A DNA stretch of 64,000 bases from Chiloscyllium plagiosum (lineage: Eukaryota), in NCBI RefSeq assembly GCF_004010195.1, contig NC_057711.1:72951470-73015469 (forward strand), read 5' to 3'. Positions 12,775 through 27,049 of this stretch are shown piece after piece. Under the pieces are notes generated by a model. It was not told where the DNA came from and made no database searches. It saw only the letters and a list, made by a program, of their open reading frames with translations. Position 1 is the stretch's first letter, and every line of letters begins with the position of its first letter. The position numbers were made by a program, and so were the translations under genes.

Positions 12775-13456
12775 GTAAGTGGACAAGTCACTTGTGTCTT
12801 ATGATTGATCAGTTCCATGTCATAAATGCCTAACTTCTGTCTGTGATGTAGTCACGGTTCAGCACATATATACACCCTCTCATTGCAAGGTGAGATCAGT
12901 CCCTCCCTTCATGCTAACAAAAGACCAAATTGACAATTTTCATGTTTCTGTGTTGTCTTTTGGCTGTGTTGTCTTGTTATGCAGGCGTTGCACATTTTCT
13001 GATATCGTTTCTTAACTGTCCATTGTGAGCCTACACTGAGTTAATGCTTTTTAATGGCCTAGTCAAATACTATGGGATCACAGATAAATGTAACCCTCAG
13101 AGCTGAATTTGCTCAGCTGATGTCATTGGATAAGGCTTTGTATTGGCCTTCTTCCAACTCTCACTCCAAATTCAGTGGCACAATTTTAGTTCTCTCTTGT
13201 TACTCTAAGTTGGAACTATCTTGGAAGAAGCAGGAACTGAATAGGGGAATATTTCTGTGGATAAGCTCAGCCTGTCAGTGCAAAGCCTCATCAACTGGGT
13301 GTCAGTGCTTTGGAAGTATTTGCACGTTTTAACAAAAATGGCCTCACTAGCTGTATCAAATTAAAATATTTTGGTGACTTAAGAATGGAAGCCTGAAAAG
13401 TAACTTTCTTTGCTGAAATTTTCACAGTTAAGATACTAGCACTATTTTTTTTTTAG

Positions 13457-13560
13457 GTTTTACATGTGCTCTACAAAAAGACATACTGTATCAAGGGAAA
13501 CTGTATGTGTCTGAAAACTGGATTTGCTTTAATTCCAAAGTCTTTGGAAGAGATATTAAG
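13457..13560 (+). CDS. GRAMD2B: GRAMD2B exon, GRAM domain (SFTCALQKDILYQGKLYVSENWICFNSKVFGRDIK)
   Basis: Canonical GRAM core; splice phases consistent. Confidence 0.97.
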
Positions 13561-14051
13561 GTTTGTACATTTCACTGGTTACTTGGTGGCAAAGGGATGG
13601 CTTTGTTGAAACGGACCATTATGATATTTTTAATTGGAAATTTACACCTTTTTATCTTGAGTGGGAAATCTAGTGGTTTATTTCTGTTTCTGTAAAGGTG
13701 ACCAAGCATTTAAGGATGGTTAAACCTTTAAGTTTATAAAACTGCTGAAACTGTTGCATTATCTCATATTTTAACGTGTTAAATTATAAACTGTCCATTA
13801 AAACTAGTTTACTACAACAACATTTGCTTCCTAGTTTTTGGTATTACCTTAGCTATCTGTCTTGACAATAATAATGATTTCATCTCCGGTGATAAAAGGG
13901 ATAACTTTGATCTGTTCCCAGTCTGGTGTTTTGGTGGGATGGATAGACAGATGGAAGCTTGTAAACTTAACCTGTGTTTTACAGTTTTAAAATTTAACAA
14001 TGTACTTCCAAATTATCTTTTCCAATTAAGCACTTTTTTTTACAATTTTAG

Positions 14052-14147
14052 ATTGCAATACCTGCCTTTTCCGTGACTCAAATTAAGAAACATAAAACTG
14101 CTTTACTCGTACCAAATGCTCTATGCATATCAACAGAACTTGAGAAA
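14052..14147 (+). CDS. GRAMD2B: GRAMD2B exon (IAIPAFSVTQIKKHKTALLVPNALCISTELEK)
   Basis: KKxKTALLVPNAL motif; ttttag / gtgagt. Confidence 0.97.
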
Positions 14148-14281
14148 GTGAGTACCTAGTTATGCAATGAATCCAGTTACTCTGGAGAATTTGATGTACA
14201 AGGTAGTTCACAGCATGGATAATTCGCCACCCAATGTAGCTGAAATTTACTAATGCTATTTTAAACTCTGTTTTGTTGCAG

Positions 14282-14353
14282 TTTATGTTTGTTTCATTGC
14301 TCTCCAGGGATGCGACCTATAAGCTGCTTAAATCTGTTTGCGTACATCTGGAG
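14282..14353 (+). CDS. GRAMD2B: GRAMD2B exon (FMFVSLLSRDATYKLLKSVCVHLE)
   Basis: FVSLLSRD motif; ttgcag / gtgagt. Confidence 0.97.
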
Positions 14354-14719
14354 GTGAGTCCTAGTAATTAAAGTGAAGGTTAGTATCCAGATGATTTTTG
14401 GATTGAGTGTTTTTAAGAAGGTCAATCAGCCTGTATTGCACGGAATTATTTAACCTTTTTAATTCAGCTATTCTTGTGGTAAGTAAAGGAGAAAACCACC
14501 TTCTTTTGTCCCCAGGAATCCTAGTATTTGGGCAGCTTGCAAGTGTTGGACAGGCTGGAGTGGAGTAAAACCATTTTACTGCAGAACCTGTCAGCCTACA
14601 AGGCTTAGTTAATTGTTTGAAATGTGTGAAAATCTTCCACTTTTTTTGAATAACTGATTTTGATTGTGCAATAGGTTTGCAACATGTTGCTCCATGAGCT
14701 TTATGAATTATAGTACACT

Positions 14720-16090
14720 TTCCAGTTGGGTGACAGGCACATCACAGACTATCTCTGACAACACTAGAATTTCTACCAAATTTCCACCTTGCTGAACTCT
14801 GCCTGGAGTTCTGTTCACCAAGCCCCTGCCCCCACAGCCAGATTATCCAAACAGATGGCAGTCTGTTGGCTCCACATTTCCTACTTGCAGGACATGCTTG
14901 TGCATATCTGCAGTCAGCAAAAGTTGGTCGAAGTGCTAGACAGCATGCAAGTCCTGACGTCTCGGAGGAGACAATGCTGACCGTTGTTGAGATGATGGTT
15001 ACTGAGATTGTAGCTGGTTGAGAAGGTGAAATGAGCTCGATGACGGCACCTTTGTAGCTACTTGCAAACTTCCTGCTCTTCCCCTGAAATTATTCCTGCC
15101 TCCATTGCACATTTCTTTCTAATTTATGAGCATGCAGATGGTTTAAGCGCACACCTTTTTGTTTTTCCTCCTCAAGGCAGTGAAAACTTCCCTATCTGCC
15201 CTCCTCTTTAGATACCTACAGAGTGCAACTTTGTCTAATAGTGGGCAGGCAGTAAGAAGACCACGATGAAGAAGTTACTGACTCCAATGACTACAATCAC
15301 TCACTTTGACACACTTGGCCACCAACTCAGATACTTGTATTGCAATTGGCATGCAACTTAAGGGATAGCATAGGGGCAGCCCTCATGGGTTGCTGACGTT
15401 GAGCACAAATGCTCTTCAGTCAGGACATGGCAATGGTTTTGCAAGAATCTGAGCTCAAATTTGGAAGCAAAAGACTATGTATGACAGTCGACAGAGGAAT
15501 GCTGATGGGTATGCAGAATGGAATGCTGGTGCACTGGGAAGCCTGCTGGAAAGTATTCTATCCTGACAACGTGAAGCAGTCCAGCACTAATTTGGACTAT
15601 GCTTTACATCAAGCTCAAAAACCTCCTTTCCAAAAATGGAAGTGTTTGGCCAATTTTGTGGATCCAACCATAATCGGAAAGATGTTCCACCAGAAGTCTG
15701 AGCACTACTGTGGAAGCTCAGGTTGATATCATGAAGACCAGTTTAGTGCCCTGCAATGTTAGACTGCTGTCACCACGGCTATGGATTCCAATATTCAGAG
15801 CACATTGCAAACTGTCATAATAGTCCTGCAATTTGGCTTGTGACAGATTATTAGTTTCTGTGAGGCACTGGCGTAAGAGTGTGGCAGTGTCTCGACGGAG
15901 CATGAATTTGTTGTCCTCTCTCGGGGTGTTGGCGTTCAATTCTCCCATGTTTGCCAGTGTCTCTTGGCCAACTAACAGAGCGTGCTTCACCTACACTAAG
16001 ATGAAGTCCACTCATAGCTATTCTAGGTGCATGGATATTTAAGACCATCCTTTAAAGTCATTTGCAGTTTCCTCCGCTGAAAAGTCAGCA
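14720..16090 (-). mobile_element. Heavily degraded LINE (possibly RTE clade)
   Basis: GC-richer block with short broken ORFs on the - strand; family assignment tentative. Confidence 0.35.
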
Positions 16091-17789
16091 GCCATACTAT
16101 AGTTACTGGATTGTGTAGGAATGTTAGGACACACAAGAACAGGGTAAAGGAATACACAGGCTGATCATTGTATGCAATATGGATTAATTTCATTCATACA
16201 TTGGATTTGAAATATTTTATGTTTAGTGTTTTTTTAAAATTTCCACATTGTGACCAACTAGATGTCTTGTTAATGCATTAAAAGAGGGCGAGGAAGACAT
16301 TATGTCTGTTGCTGAATTGAGTCACAGTTTATTTGTGTCATGTCTCTGAAGAACGATTTCAAACAACTCAGCTGGAAAGGGGTTATAAGGAATGACTTGC
16401 CTCTCACTCCTCTTCCTTCTCTATCTTCCGAGTTGCTCTTCAAATGGTGGAAGCATGGGTTGTTCCTGCATGATGCCAAAGTTGTACAGCAGGCAACAGA
16501 CCACATCAAAACTCGACCCCCATTCTCCTGCAAACTGCAGGACTCCTTTAATGTGCTTTACATGTTGGAAGCTTTGTTTCAGTATAAAACAAGACCTAAG
16601 AGTTACCTGACTTAGCATATTTTTAATGGAGTGGCACAGCTTTCATGTATTTATGCTATGCAAGAGAGTGTGGGTTATATGACAGTTATCAACCACACAG
16701 TCGGTAGATAACTTGTCTAGTGGCCAATCTTTGCATGCTGATGTTATCATGTGCTTGTTTTGCATACTTCGAGCAGTCATTCACACAGCACACCAAGCTC
16801 CCAAAATGACGTCCAGTCTGCCCCACCCCAAAAGTCTCCATGGGTCTTGGGTGCCATTTTGATTCCCTCGCATCTCTCAAACCACCACAGCACTGGCCGC
16901 TGTTCATCAAACCTTTACACTGGCAGTCTAAACCAGGAACTGTTTGTTTTATGTTTTAACATAATTGGAATATTTAATTCAATATAAAGGCCAATGTCTT
17001 CTTAAAAAGATTGAAATACCTCAGTAAGTTACTAGAAGGAACACACAAGTTATCAAGTTTTAAGAGCATTATTGTAACAAACATTTGATTAACATTATAT
17101 CAGTCACTAACTTGCATACTAAAGTTTTTTTTAAAAAAGTCCTCATTTAACTTTTTAAAGTAACCAACAATCCTGCTTCACCGTTATACTTTACTCTCCT
17201 CTTTAAGTGGACAGCACATTCTCAGGAACCCATCCAAAACTGTTACCATCGTCCAGTAGATGACTTGCTTCATCTCTTTTTTTTCCAGTTGGATAACACA
17301 GCCACCTAACTGACTGAGAGACACCCAGAAGTTTCCACCCTATAGCTAAAGCCAAGCAAATCTTCCAGCTTCACTTACATCCTCACAAATGTGTTTTCTT
17401 CAATATGTACGAGGGCTCCCAGCTGCATTCAGTACAATCCATCAGAGGTTGACTGCCTCGATCGCCCTCAATCAATGCTCACACGTGTTGCAGACTTCTC
17501 TGCTTAGAAGTTCAGGAAATCTTAAAAAAAACTTGATATCACAATGGTTTTTTATTGTTTTATCTTTTTGTAAAGGCCTTCCCAATGATAATATGAATTA
17601 CATGAGCCCCTGTGTCAAAGTAGAAATGCTGATTTGCTATTCTTTCAGTCCTCAACTCCGTGCTATCTTGCAATTATCTCAGCCATTTATAGTATAGCTG
17701 CTTAGGAAACCTGGCATTGCTAACCAGACTTGTACTAACCGTATACTCAGTTGTCACAGATGACCTTATTTACAACCTGCACCACCTCA

Positions 17790-18240
17790 GAGTCCTAGAG
17801 ATGTACAGCATGGAAACAGACTCTTCGGTCCAATTCAATCATAGAATCCCTACAGTGCCGATACAACTAATCTAGTCCCATTTCCCAGCACTTGACCTGT
17901 ATCCCTCTAAACCATTCCTATTCATATAGCCATCCAGATGCCTTTTTAAATGTTGTGATTTTACCAGCCTCCACAACCTCCTCTGGCAGCTAATTCCATA
18001 TTTGTACCATCCTCTGTGTGAGAAAGTTGCCCCTTAGGTCCCTTTTTAAATATATCCCCTTCCACTCTAAACCTAAGCCCTCTAGTTTTGGACCAACTCT
18101 CACCCCCCACCACTACCACCACCACCACCACCACCACCACCAATCCAAGGGAAAAGACCTTGTCTATTTACCCTATCCATGTCTCTCATGATTTTATAAA
18201 CCTCTATAAGGTTCCCCCACAGCCTTCAATGCTCCAGGGC
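17790..18240 (-). mobile_element. CR1/HER1 LINE 3' fragment containing a (CAC)n tract at ~18105-18141
   Basis: Reverse complement of the CR1 3' end at 26453-26950. Confidence 0.85.
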
Positions 18241-18989
18241 AACCCGTATCCTCTCACCATTTAAGGTTTGACAGCCACTCCACCCAAGCTTATCGGCAGA
18301 GTCCAGAATGAGTCACCTGACTTCTTCAGTCTTCCAAATTATTTCAAGAAAGAGATCGTCCCAAAACACAATCTTTTAAACTTTCTATTTCTGAAGAACA
18401 GTTGAGAAAGAAAAGTGAACGTGTTCTTTGTTTGATGGAGATCAAATAAAATCAAAACTAAATTCTCAAGCAGTTAAACTCTGGCTCTGAAAGTTTAAAT
18501 TTTACTATATGGTTTGGGAGCATTGGCTTACAAATGTAATTAAAATCTTGTAAGTGAATGCACAAGCCCTAACTTAGTTTCTTTGATGTACTGAAGGGGT
18601 AACTGCATTATCACACTCTTCAGAATGCCAAGTCTCTTTGCAACTTACTGGCAAAACAAAGATTAATGGAGGAACAGTAGGAGCGGGCAGTTCAAGTGTA
18701 ACTAACTTTATAAACTGATGGCCTCTGTTATCTCCATTTCTAATAATAACATTTTAGATAACTTGCATTTTCCTCTATGAAATTGCAATAGACTTGCACC
18801 ATGAAGAGTAAGGGTATGGCACTTCCATTATTTTGGCACAACTGAAATAAATCAGCATTCAGCAACGTGGTTTTCTATCTCGCTTCATCTGTACATAGCT
18901 AATCTTGGAAGAGTGTTGAAAAGTTCTACAGTGAATCCCAAATTCTGACCTTCTGTATTGCATTGTTCAACACTTTTTTTTTTAAACAG

Positions 18990-19070
18990 GACAGAACTGA
19001 TGATATCAGTCCAAATCCATCCTCTCTTGAAAATAGTTTCAGAGCTGAACGTCCAACATCTTTACCTCTG
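18990..19070 (+). CDS. GRAMD2B: GRAMD2B exon (DRTDDISPNPSSLENSFRAERPTSLPL)
   Basis: SPNPSS.ENSFRA.RP.SLPL typical of GRAMD2B; aaacag / gtaagt. Confidence 0.95.
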
Positions 19071-19445
19071 GTAAGTAGAGACTGATTACCACCTTTTGGT
19101 TTCTAAAAGACCTTTTTCTATTCTTTAGTATTATCATAAAATATATAATGAAGTTTAATTTTGCTCTTATAATGGACTGGTCACTCATTTATATAGATAC
19201 TTTTCAATCTTGTCATTGTTATACATGTCTTAAATTCTCAGTGTATCCTTTTTAATGTGTTAATTTATTTTCACAATCTTTCCAGTAGGGTAGCTACCAG
19301 TTCAGGCAAGCATTTCCAAAGTAGGTGTCAGAATTCTGTGTGAAGTCCCAAACTAAAATTTTGGGGTCATGAGCTCCAAGTTAGCAATGGCCAATGACCA
19401 TGAAAGGTTCATTTCCTAAAAGTGGAGTGCTTCACTGTTACTCCA

Positions 19446-20003
19446 CAGAGAAGTACAGCACAGAAGCAAATCCTTTGGTCCAGTTCGTCCATGCACACCA
19501 GGTGTCCTAAGTTAATCTAGTCCAGTTTATTAATATTTGGGCACATAGCTCCTAAACCCATGCAGATGTCTTTCAAATGCTGTAGTTGTACCAACTTCCA
19601 CCACTTTCTCTGGCAGCTCAATCCACATATGCCGCACCCTCTGTGAAAAAGTTTCCCCTTAGATCCCTTTTTATTTCTTCTCCCCTCTCATCTTAAACCT
19701 ATGCCATCTAATTCTATACTCCCTTACCCTTTGGAAAAAGACCTTGACTATCTGCCCTATCCATGCTTCTCATGGTTTTACAAACATCTATAAGGTCAGG
19801 CCTCTGCCTCCATTGCCCCAGGGAAAATAGTCCCAGCTTATTCTGCCTTTTCCCCATAGTTCAAACAGTCCAACCCCAGCATAATCTTTTCTGCACCCTT
19901 TCAAGTTAAATAAAATCTTTCCTACAGAGACCTGAATTGAATGCAATATTCCAAAAGTGGCCGAAACACTGTCCTGTACAGCCACAACATGACATCCCAA
20001 CTC
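19446..20003 (-). mobile_element. CR1/HER1 LINE 3' fragment, diverged
   Basis: Similar to 40396-40940. Confidence 0.8.
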
Positions 20004-20809
20004 TAGTAAAATGTGACTGCCTGGAATCCATTGTTAGGCAAGGAAGTTGTTCAAAACCATTTCCATTTGACTTCCTGTGGTAAGTTCTCAAAATATTGAA
20101 GCATGGACAGATAATGCCAGGAATATTGGGTTTGTCATCTCCTGTGGCTTGATAACTGTCCCTAATAAACTGCAGTCAAAGCAAAATGTTTGGCTCCATT
20201 TGCCATCAGGAGAAAGAAAATCACTATTGTGTTATAACTTCACACCGAGCTCAGGACTAATGACGTTGGTTGCAATGTTTACAGTCCTGTATCACATCTG
20301 ATCAAAATGATTGCAGGAATATCCAGTAGCTAGAAAGAAATACACACTTGTGGTGCCTTATTAAATCAGAGGTCCTTATTTTGCTGGCAAAAACTGTGTC
20401 TTCATAGTTAAATTTACCATGAGTGGGGGAAGGTTAAAGCAAACATCTAAAACCATAAATAGTGGGTTAACAGTCCTGTAAGAAGTGATGGTTACTTGAT
20501 GCACATGAAGATATGGATTCTTTTTTTAACCTTGGAATGTTCCTTTATAAAGTGCACCCTTTGACCTTAAGTGCAATAACATGGGTCTAATTCCATTGTA
20601 CTGCATAGCGGGATCAGAAAAGGTTTTTTTTCTCTCCAGTCTTTCTTCATTCAAGCATAGTCCTTTTTGTCAGTGTCAGCCTGTTTATTTGTTTATGCGA
20701 TATAACTTTCGGGTGCATTCGAGTTAATCTATACAGAATTGAAATGAGCTTTTTTCCTTTATGGTAATGTTAATGGATATAAAAGTCCTTTTTGAGCAAG
20801 AGATGAAGC

Positions 20810-21118
20810 AACAGCCTAGTGGTATTATCGCTGGACAGTTAATCTGGAGACCCAGGTAATGTTCAAATTCCAGTGGTGGAATTTGAATTCACTTTTTAAA
20901 AAATTTGGAATTCTGATGATGGTCATTGTTGGAAAAATCCATCTGGTTCACTAATGTCCATTAGGGAAAGAAATTGCCATCCTTACCTGCTCTGGCCGAC
21001 ATGTGACTCCAGGTCCACGGCAATGTGGTTGAGTCTTAACTACTGTCTGGACAGTTCAGGTTGAGTAATAAATGCTGGGCTAGGGAGTGATGCCTACATC
21101 CTGTGAATGAATTTTTTA
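20810..21118 (+). mobile_element. tRNA-derived SINE (possibly SacSINE1/DeuSINE-like)
   Basis: tRNA-like head (tagtggt...gttcaaat) and tail aataaatgctgg...catcctgtgaatgaat; second copy on the - strand at 42570-42886. Confidence 0.65.
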
Positions 21119-23208
21119 AAAGGTGAAAAATAGTAAAACAAAATACTGCTGGAAATTATGTGTGGGAGGCAACTAACCAGCTCTGTTATTTTTTTCAAAA
21201 ATGCAGTGACATTCATTGATAGAAGATATCTTTGGCAGATACGGCATCTGTTGCTGTGGAAAATATAATCAGCACAGATAGAAAGCATTTAATACCATTG
21301 GAATAACTTAGATAAGGAAAATCCTAGCTTAAACTCCTATCTATTGTGTGGTACAGTCTACTAACAATTTCTTCATGATTCTCTTGTTTTTAGAAGGATT
21401 CATCCAGTTCTTTAAGATGGCAAAACTGAATAGGGTGCTTTTTGTTTTAAGGAAAAACAAATTCAGATCATTTAAAATAAGAGCTAACGATGGTGGTGAT
21501 GTTTGCGCTGATTACAACAAATTCTTAGAAGCCTGAGTTTTGAGCAGCACTTTGATCAATCATGGGTGTGTAACACCATAAATACATCTCAGATAATTGC
21601 AGCTACTGAGTGAAAGCCAAGCACGTCCCATTAATTAAAACATGGAAGTGAATACAAAGTCTGTAGTTTCTTCCATCAGCACTGCTAACTTGAAGCTTGA
21701 AAGCTGAGATGTAGGATGACTGATAATTGATAAATAAAAACTGATTCACATGACACTTTGTTTTCCTAGGAAACCAGAAAATGGGGGGGGCATCTGCACT
21801 GTCAACACAGTACAAGTGAGCAGAGCATCTACATATATGCAGACTTTATACATTATCCTGTCTGCTGGGAATAACAATGAAAACGTACTGAAAATCTCAG
21901 ATTGTACTAAGCACTAATATGTTATGACCAAATGGTGAACTATGAATCAGTTCGCCTCTTTTCAGCCCACTCACAGCAAAGACTTGTGTATAGCTGCATG
22001 CTAAGACCATTTCTCCAATTAAAATGGTATTGAGTTGTTTGAAGTGTAAAAAATAAGGAGTTGATTTAAAGGTTAGCTTGAACTAATTCTGAAGGGAAAA
22101 AATAATGAGGACATGGCATTAAGTGTGTAGATTTGCACACTGTCAAGCACAAACTGAAGATAAAAGAATATATAGTTTAGTCGTTGGAGTATTCTTGAGG
22201 TGTAAAGATGGTTGATTGATGTTTGGAACTGTCAGCAGCTGAGAAAATTGTAGTTAGCTTTTTAAGTTCTTGCTTTCCTGGAGTTTCATTCCAGTCAGTG
22301 TTATGCCTGGCTTTTTATCTTGAAAGGCAGAGAGAGAAAGTGAGAGAGACCAAGCTTTCTGCAGTCAAAAATGTATTCTGTCTGCTTCGGCCATGGCGAG
22401 AACTTCTTCCTGCAATAGCAGTTTATTTTGTATAATGTATCTGTAGGTGATGTTTCAATGCCAACATGTGAAGATGCTTGAAATGATGGAAGTCAGGTAG
22501 AAGATGAGGACTTGTGTTTTCATTCCTCCCAGGGTGTGATTCCTGGTTTTAGTAGCTCTGGATTATCTGTTAATTTCAGAACAGTTTTTATTTTTACCTC
22601 TGATTTTGGCACTCTTGGCAATCCTGTGTTGATCAAGTGATGCCTGTGGTCATTTCAAGTTGGTGTTTTCGGTTCTTTTTTAGTACTAATTTCAGTGATA
22701 GAATTCAAGGTCAGAGGTCCATATTTAATATTGTGATGTATTATTTGGCCTTGAGGCAAAATAAAATATGATTACTGAATGACAATTTGTGTAAATGGGC
22801 AGAGAGGAGTTGAGAAAAAGGTGAATACCATTCAGAAAAGTCTTTTGTCCAAACGTGTTAAAGTGATCTTTATGCAGAACAAATAATTGTGCTATCCAAT
22901 GGAGAGAATTCCTTGTGCTAATATGTAGATGTTATTTTGCTCTGAGGATATATTAGAGCATGGTGTACAAGCTAAAACTGCAGTTAAATTGGAAGCTAGT
23001 GTTTCTTCAAAGTACCATGAATAGCATACACCAGGGGTGAAAGATTTAATGTTTGACCAGGCAGGTATGTCTGATTAAATTCTAACTGACTCTGTGCGTA
23101 CTTAAACCAGAAAGTCCTCTTCCAGTAACTTTGGATTGATGGTCAAAAACTTTCATTCTCACTTAATAAATAAATGTTAAGAATGTGGTTAATTCGCTAG
23201 TCTCTAGC

Positions 23209-23682
23209 GCGTGGTGTTGGAAAAGCAGGTCAGGCAACATCCGAGGAGCAGGAGAATTGACATTTTGGGTATAAGCCCTTCATCAGGAATGAATCTTGTT
23301 CCTGCTGAAGGTCTTATACCCGAAACGTCGATTCTTCTGCTCCTTGAATGCTGCCTGACGTGCTATACTTTTCCAGGAGAAAGTGAGGACTGCAGATGCT
23401 GGAGATCAGAGCTGAAAATGTGTTGCTGGAAAAGCGCAGCAGGTCAGGCAGCATCCAAGGAGCAGGAGAATCGACGTTTCGGGCATGAGCCCTTCTTCAG
23501 GACCACACTTTTCCAGTACCACACTCAACTCTGATATCCAGCATCTGCATTCCTCACTTACTAATTTTCTAGTCTATAAGATGAGACTGAAAATGTGTTG
23601 CTGGAAAAGCGCAGCAGGTCAGGCAGCATCCAGGGAACAGGAGAGTCGACGTTTTGGGCATAAGCCCTTCTTCAGGAAGATG
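23209..23682. mobile_element. Cluster of nested or inverted PLE terminal repeats
   Basis: Four hammerhead-bearing repeat pieces; 14-bp duplication ATAAGATGAGACTG at 23576-23589 and 23683-23696. Confidence 0.75.
23473..23500 (-). ncRNA. Minimal hammerhead ribozyme motif (family A, intact core)
   Basis: Reverse complement CTGAAGAAGGGCTCATGCCCGAAACGTC. Confidence 0.65.
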
Positions 23683-24599
23683 ATAAGATGAGACTGGCAA
23701 CTTAAGTGTGCCAGTAAACTATTACAATTCCAAACCCAGACTGGCTAGATTTCACTGGACATGTATTTGTTTGTAATAATATTTAATGTATCTGGTCTAT
23801 TCCTAACCTATTTCCTGTGAATTAATTTTAAACTAGTACAGTGTCCCTTGCTCCAGCCCGTCCATAAATGCTTCCAACTGTTTTTCATTGCAGTTGTGCA
23901 TGACCAGTGATTCCAAGGTGGAGTAGAAATTAAATGATATATAGCTGTAGGATTAATTTAGCATTGATCCAGCAAAAGGCAGCTCTCAAATGTGTTGCTT
24001 TCTCCCAGGTTAACATCTTTGCCACATTCTTTTTCTTTCTGCCTTGTATTCTTGTTTCACAAAATTATGTAATCTGTGGGAACTACTTTGAACCTAAAGA
24101 GTCATGTTTAAAATTGTATAAAAACTAATGACCCTGCTCCTAGGCTCCATGGCAAATGCAGGGCTGGATATTGGTGTAAATGGAATTCCACAGTTTGATA
24201 TATTTCCGCAGCTTCCCCCCAAATCTCAGTTGCAACTTCCTTTGATTGCAAGAATGTTTATTTCAAAATGTCTATTGACACTATTTGGAATTGGGAAGGA
24301 CTTTGGTCATAATCACAGCAAAGAGTCTATTTTGCACAATCTATTTTGAGAGAGTCCATTGAAAATCAGAGTGGAAGTTTCTGGAGCCAAGTGAAGAGCA
24401 GGCTATATTAGACATGATATTCTAAACCAAGATAGGATTGGTTAATAATCGTTTTGAAGACAACCATAATGTGTTTGAGTTTTGCATTCAGTTTGACAAA
24501 GAAGAATATATCCTAGACTAGTATCTAGGACAATTATAAAGAACAATTATAAAGTTATGAATGTTGAGCTATCTAAGGAAACCTGAAAAATTAAGTTGA

Positions 24600-25720
24600 T
24601 GGTAGGCCAATAGTGATATAGTAGACACTTTAAGGGATGACAAAAAAAATTGGAAGGTTAGTGAACAATGCCCACTGTTCAGGTGGGCAGAGCATTGGCA
24701 AATAAAATTCAACCCAATTAAGTGCAAGGTAGTGCACTTGGAGGGCTGGGGATTACACTGTAAATGGCAGAATACTATAATGTTCTGAAGATCCAAGGAA
24801 TCTTGGTTTGCATGTTCATACATCACTGCTACCTTCAAGGGAGGTAGATAAGGTGCTCAAGAAAGCATGTGGGATACTTGCCTCTACAAACTGAGGCATA
24901 GAATACGTAATCAAAGAAGTTTTGCTTGAACAGTATAAAATGCTGGTTAGGTCACAACTGGAATATGGCAAATAGCCTGACCACAATTATGATTGAGAGG
25001 GTACATGTAGGAGAATGAGTAATTGTCTATACAGGCAGGAAGAATTTTTAAGAAACAAACTATATGGAGAGAGTTAAGAGATGATCCACATCTGGATATC
25101 TTGGTGCATAAATTACAAAAAGTTAGTTTGATGGTACAGCAATTCATTAGGAATGCTGATGGAATATTATTGTTCATTGCTGGGAATATTGAATTCAAAA
25201 TCCTATACTGCAGGGCTACTAAGTAGAGTGTCGGAGTCCTTATTTAAGGAGGATATAATGCATTGGAAGCAGTTAAGTGAAGAATTATTGGACTAACTCC
25301 TGGAATGGAGTGGGTTTCTCTTATAAGGAAGGTTTGGACAAGCTAGGCTTATACCCACTGGAGTTTAGAAAGTAAGAGGTGACATAATTGAAACATGATC
25401 TTGACAGGATGAACATGCAAAGGATTTTTACACTTGTGGGAGAACGTAGAACACTGTTTAAAAATGAGGGATTACCCATTTGTCAGAAATGAGGGCAAAT
25501 ATTTTGATTGAGGGTTGGTGGTCTTTGGTAGAAACAGGGATTTTGAATTCTTTTAAGGCAACGTAGATGAATCCTTAATAAGCAAGAGGAGGTGAAAAGA
25601 TATCTGGGTGGGGGGAGAGGGCGGAATGAAGTGAGAGTCAAATGAACTGTAATTGTATTGAATGGTGGAACAGACTGAAGGAGCTGAATGGCTTACTCAT
25701 TGTCCTAATGGTATTTTTGT
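24600..25720 (+). mobile_element. Degraded CR1-clade LINE fragments
   Basis: WA..WQIKFN..KC.V.H.G-type RT motif and CR1 3' tail remnants. Confidence 0.65.
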
Positions 25721-26083
25721 AAGTAAAAGTAGAGTTATTGCACCAGAAAGTTAGTGTGTGGAGGATAGTTGTATCTGAGTTTTGCATAATCCATCCCAGT
25801 CGCTTGTAACAGTAGGATCTTGAGAAGGGATTGACAGAAGATTTACCAAGCCATCCCATATCTGGTTGGGAATAGTCATGTCCCTAATGTGCAATTAGGT
25901 TCTAAGTACTCAAAATGATGAAAATTGAGAAGCTAGTCACTAGTTTGAAAATGGAAAGTAGTTATTCTAAGCATGTTCCTTGCGTTGCACCTTTTTTTAA
26001 AAAAACAGATTTATGTAAATGTGTGTGTATATGGTTATCAAGCAAGCTATAATTTTGTCTTTTTCTTTTAAACAAAACAATAG

Positions 26084-26189
26084 GATTTCAATATTGAAGA
26101 TTTGACTGACCTTGCAGTGTGTCGACGACGAGAGTTGGAGCAATCTAGTAGCTCTGGATCTCAAACTCCAGAGTCTGAAAATTCTCAAG
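26084..26189 (+). CDS. GRAMD2B: GRAMD2B exon (DFNIEDLTDLAVCRRRELEQSSSSGSQTPESENSQ)
   Basis: SSSGSQTPESENS motif; phases consistent. Confidence 0.95.
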
Positions 26190-26452
26190 GTTGGTTTGTC
26201 TTATTAATTTTGAATTGAATTTATTGTCACGTACTGAGGCACAGTGAAAACCTTTTGTCTTTTCTAATTTATAGAAGTAGTGTTATTTTGATCATTTAGT
26301 GGTCAATTCACATTTTCAAATATATCTGCATTTAATTTTAGCAAGATCATTTGTGACCTTGAGTGACGTATTGGCTTTCTAGACTCCAAAATATGTCTTT
26401 TATTTTTAAAAATCAGGTAGATTTTGTTGATACATAAATAAAGTCAACCTGT

Positions 26453-26950
26453 TTGACTTGAAAGGGTTTAGAAAAGATTTACAAGGATGTTGCCAGGATT
26501 GGAGGATTCGAGCTATGGGGAGAGGCTGAACAGGGGGGGCTGTTTTCCCTGGAGCATTGGAAACTGAGGGTTTACCTTATAGAGGTTTACAAAATTATAA
26601 GAGGAATGGATAGGATAAATAGACAAAGTCTTTTCTCTGGGGTCGGGGAGTCCAGAACTAGAGGGCATAGGTTTAGGGTGAGAGGGGAAAGATATAAAAG
26701 AGACCTACTAGGTAATTGTTTCACACACAGGGTGGTACGTGTATGGAATGAGCTGCCAGAGGAAGTGGTGGAAGCTGGCACAATTGCAATATTTAAGAGA
26801 CATTTGGATGGGTATATGAATAGGAAGGGTTTGGAGGGATATGGGCCAGGTGCTGGCAGGTGGGACTAGATTGGGTTGGGATATCTGGTCGGCATGGATG
26901 TGTTGGACTGAAGGGTCTGTTTCCATGCTGTACATCTCTATGACTCTATG
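26453..26950 (+). mobile_element. CR1/HER1 LINE 3' end, young
   Basis: ORF ...SRTRGHRFRVRGERYKRDLLGNCFTHRVVRVWNELPEEVVEAGTI...; tail ctctatgactctatg. Confidence 0.9.
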
Positions 26951-27049
26951 GTTATTCAAAATGTATATTAGAATCTCTAATTAGCCACATGATATGGTGA
27001 AATTGCGTTTAATAGTTTTTAAATTTAATGATGAATCAAAATGCCATGA

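Noticed and set aside
23211..23691. ORFs with repeated MCCWKSAAGQAAS peptides
   Set aside because: Translations of non-coding PLE terminal repeats.
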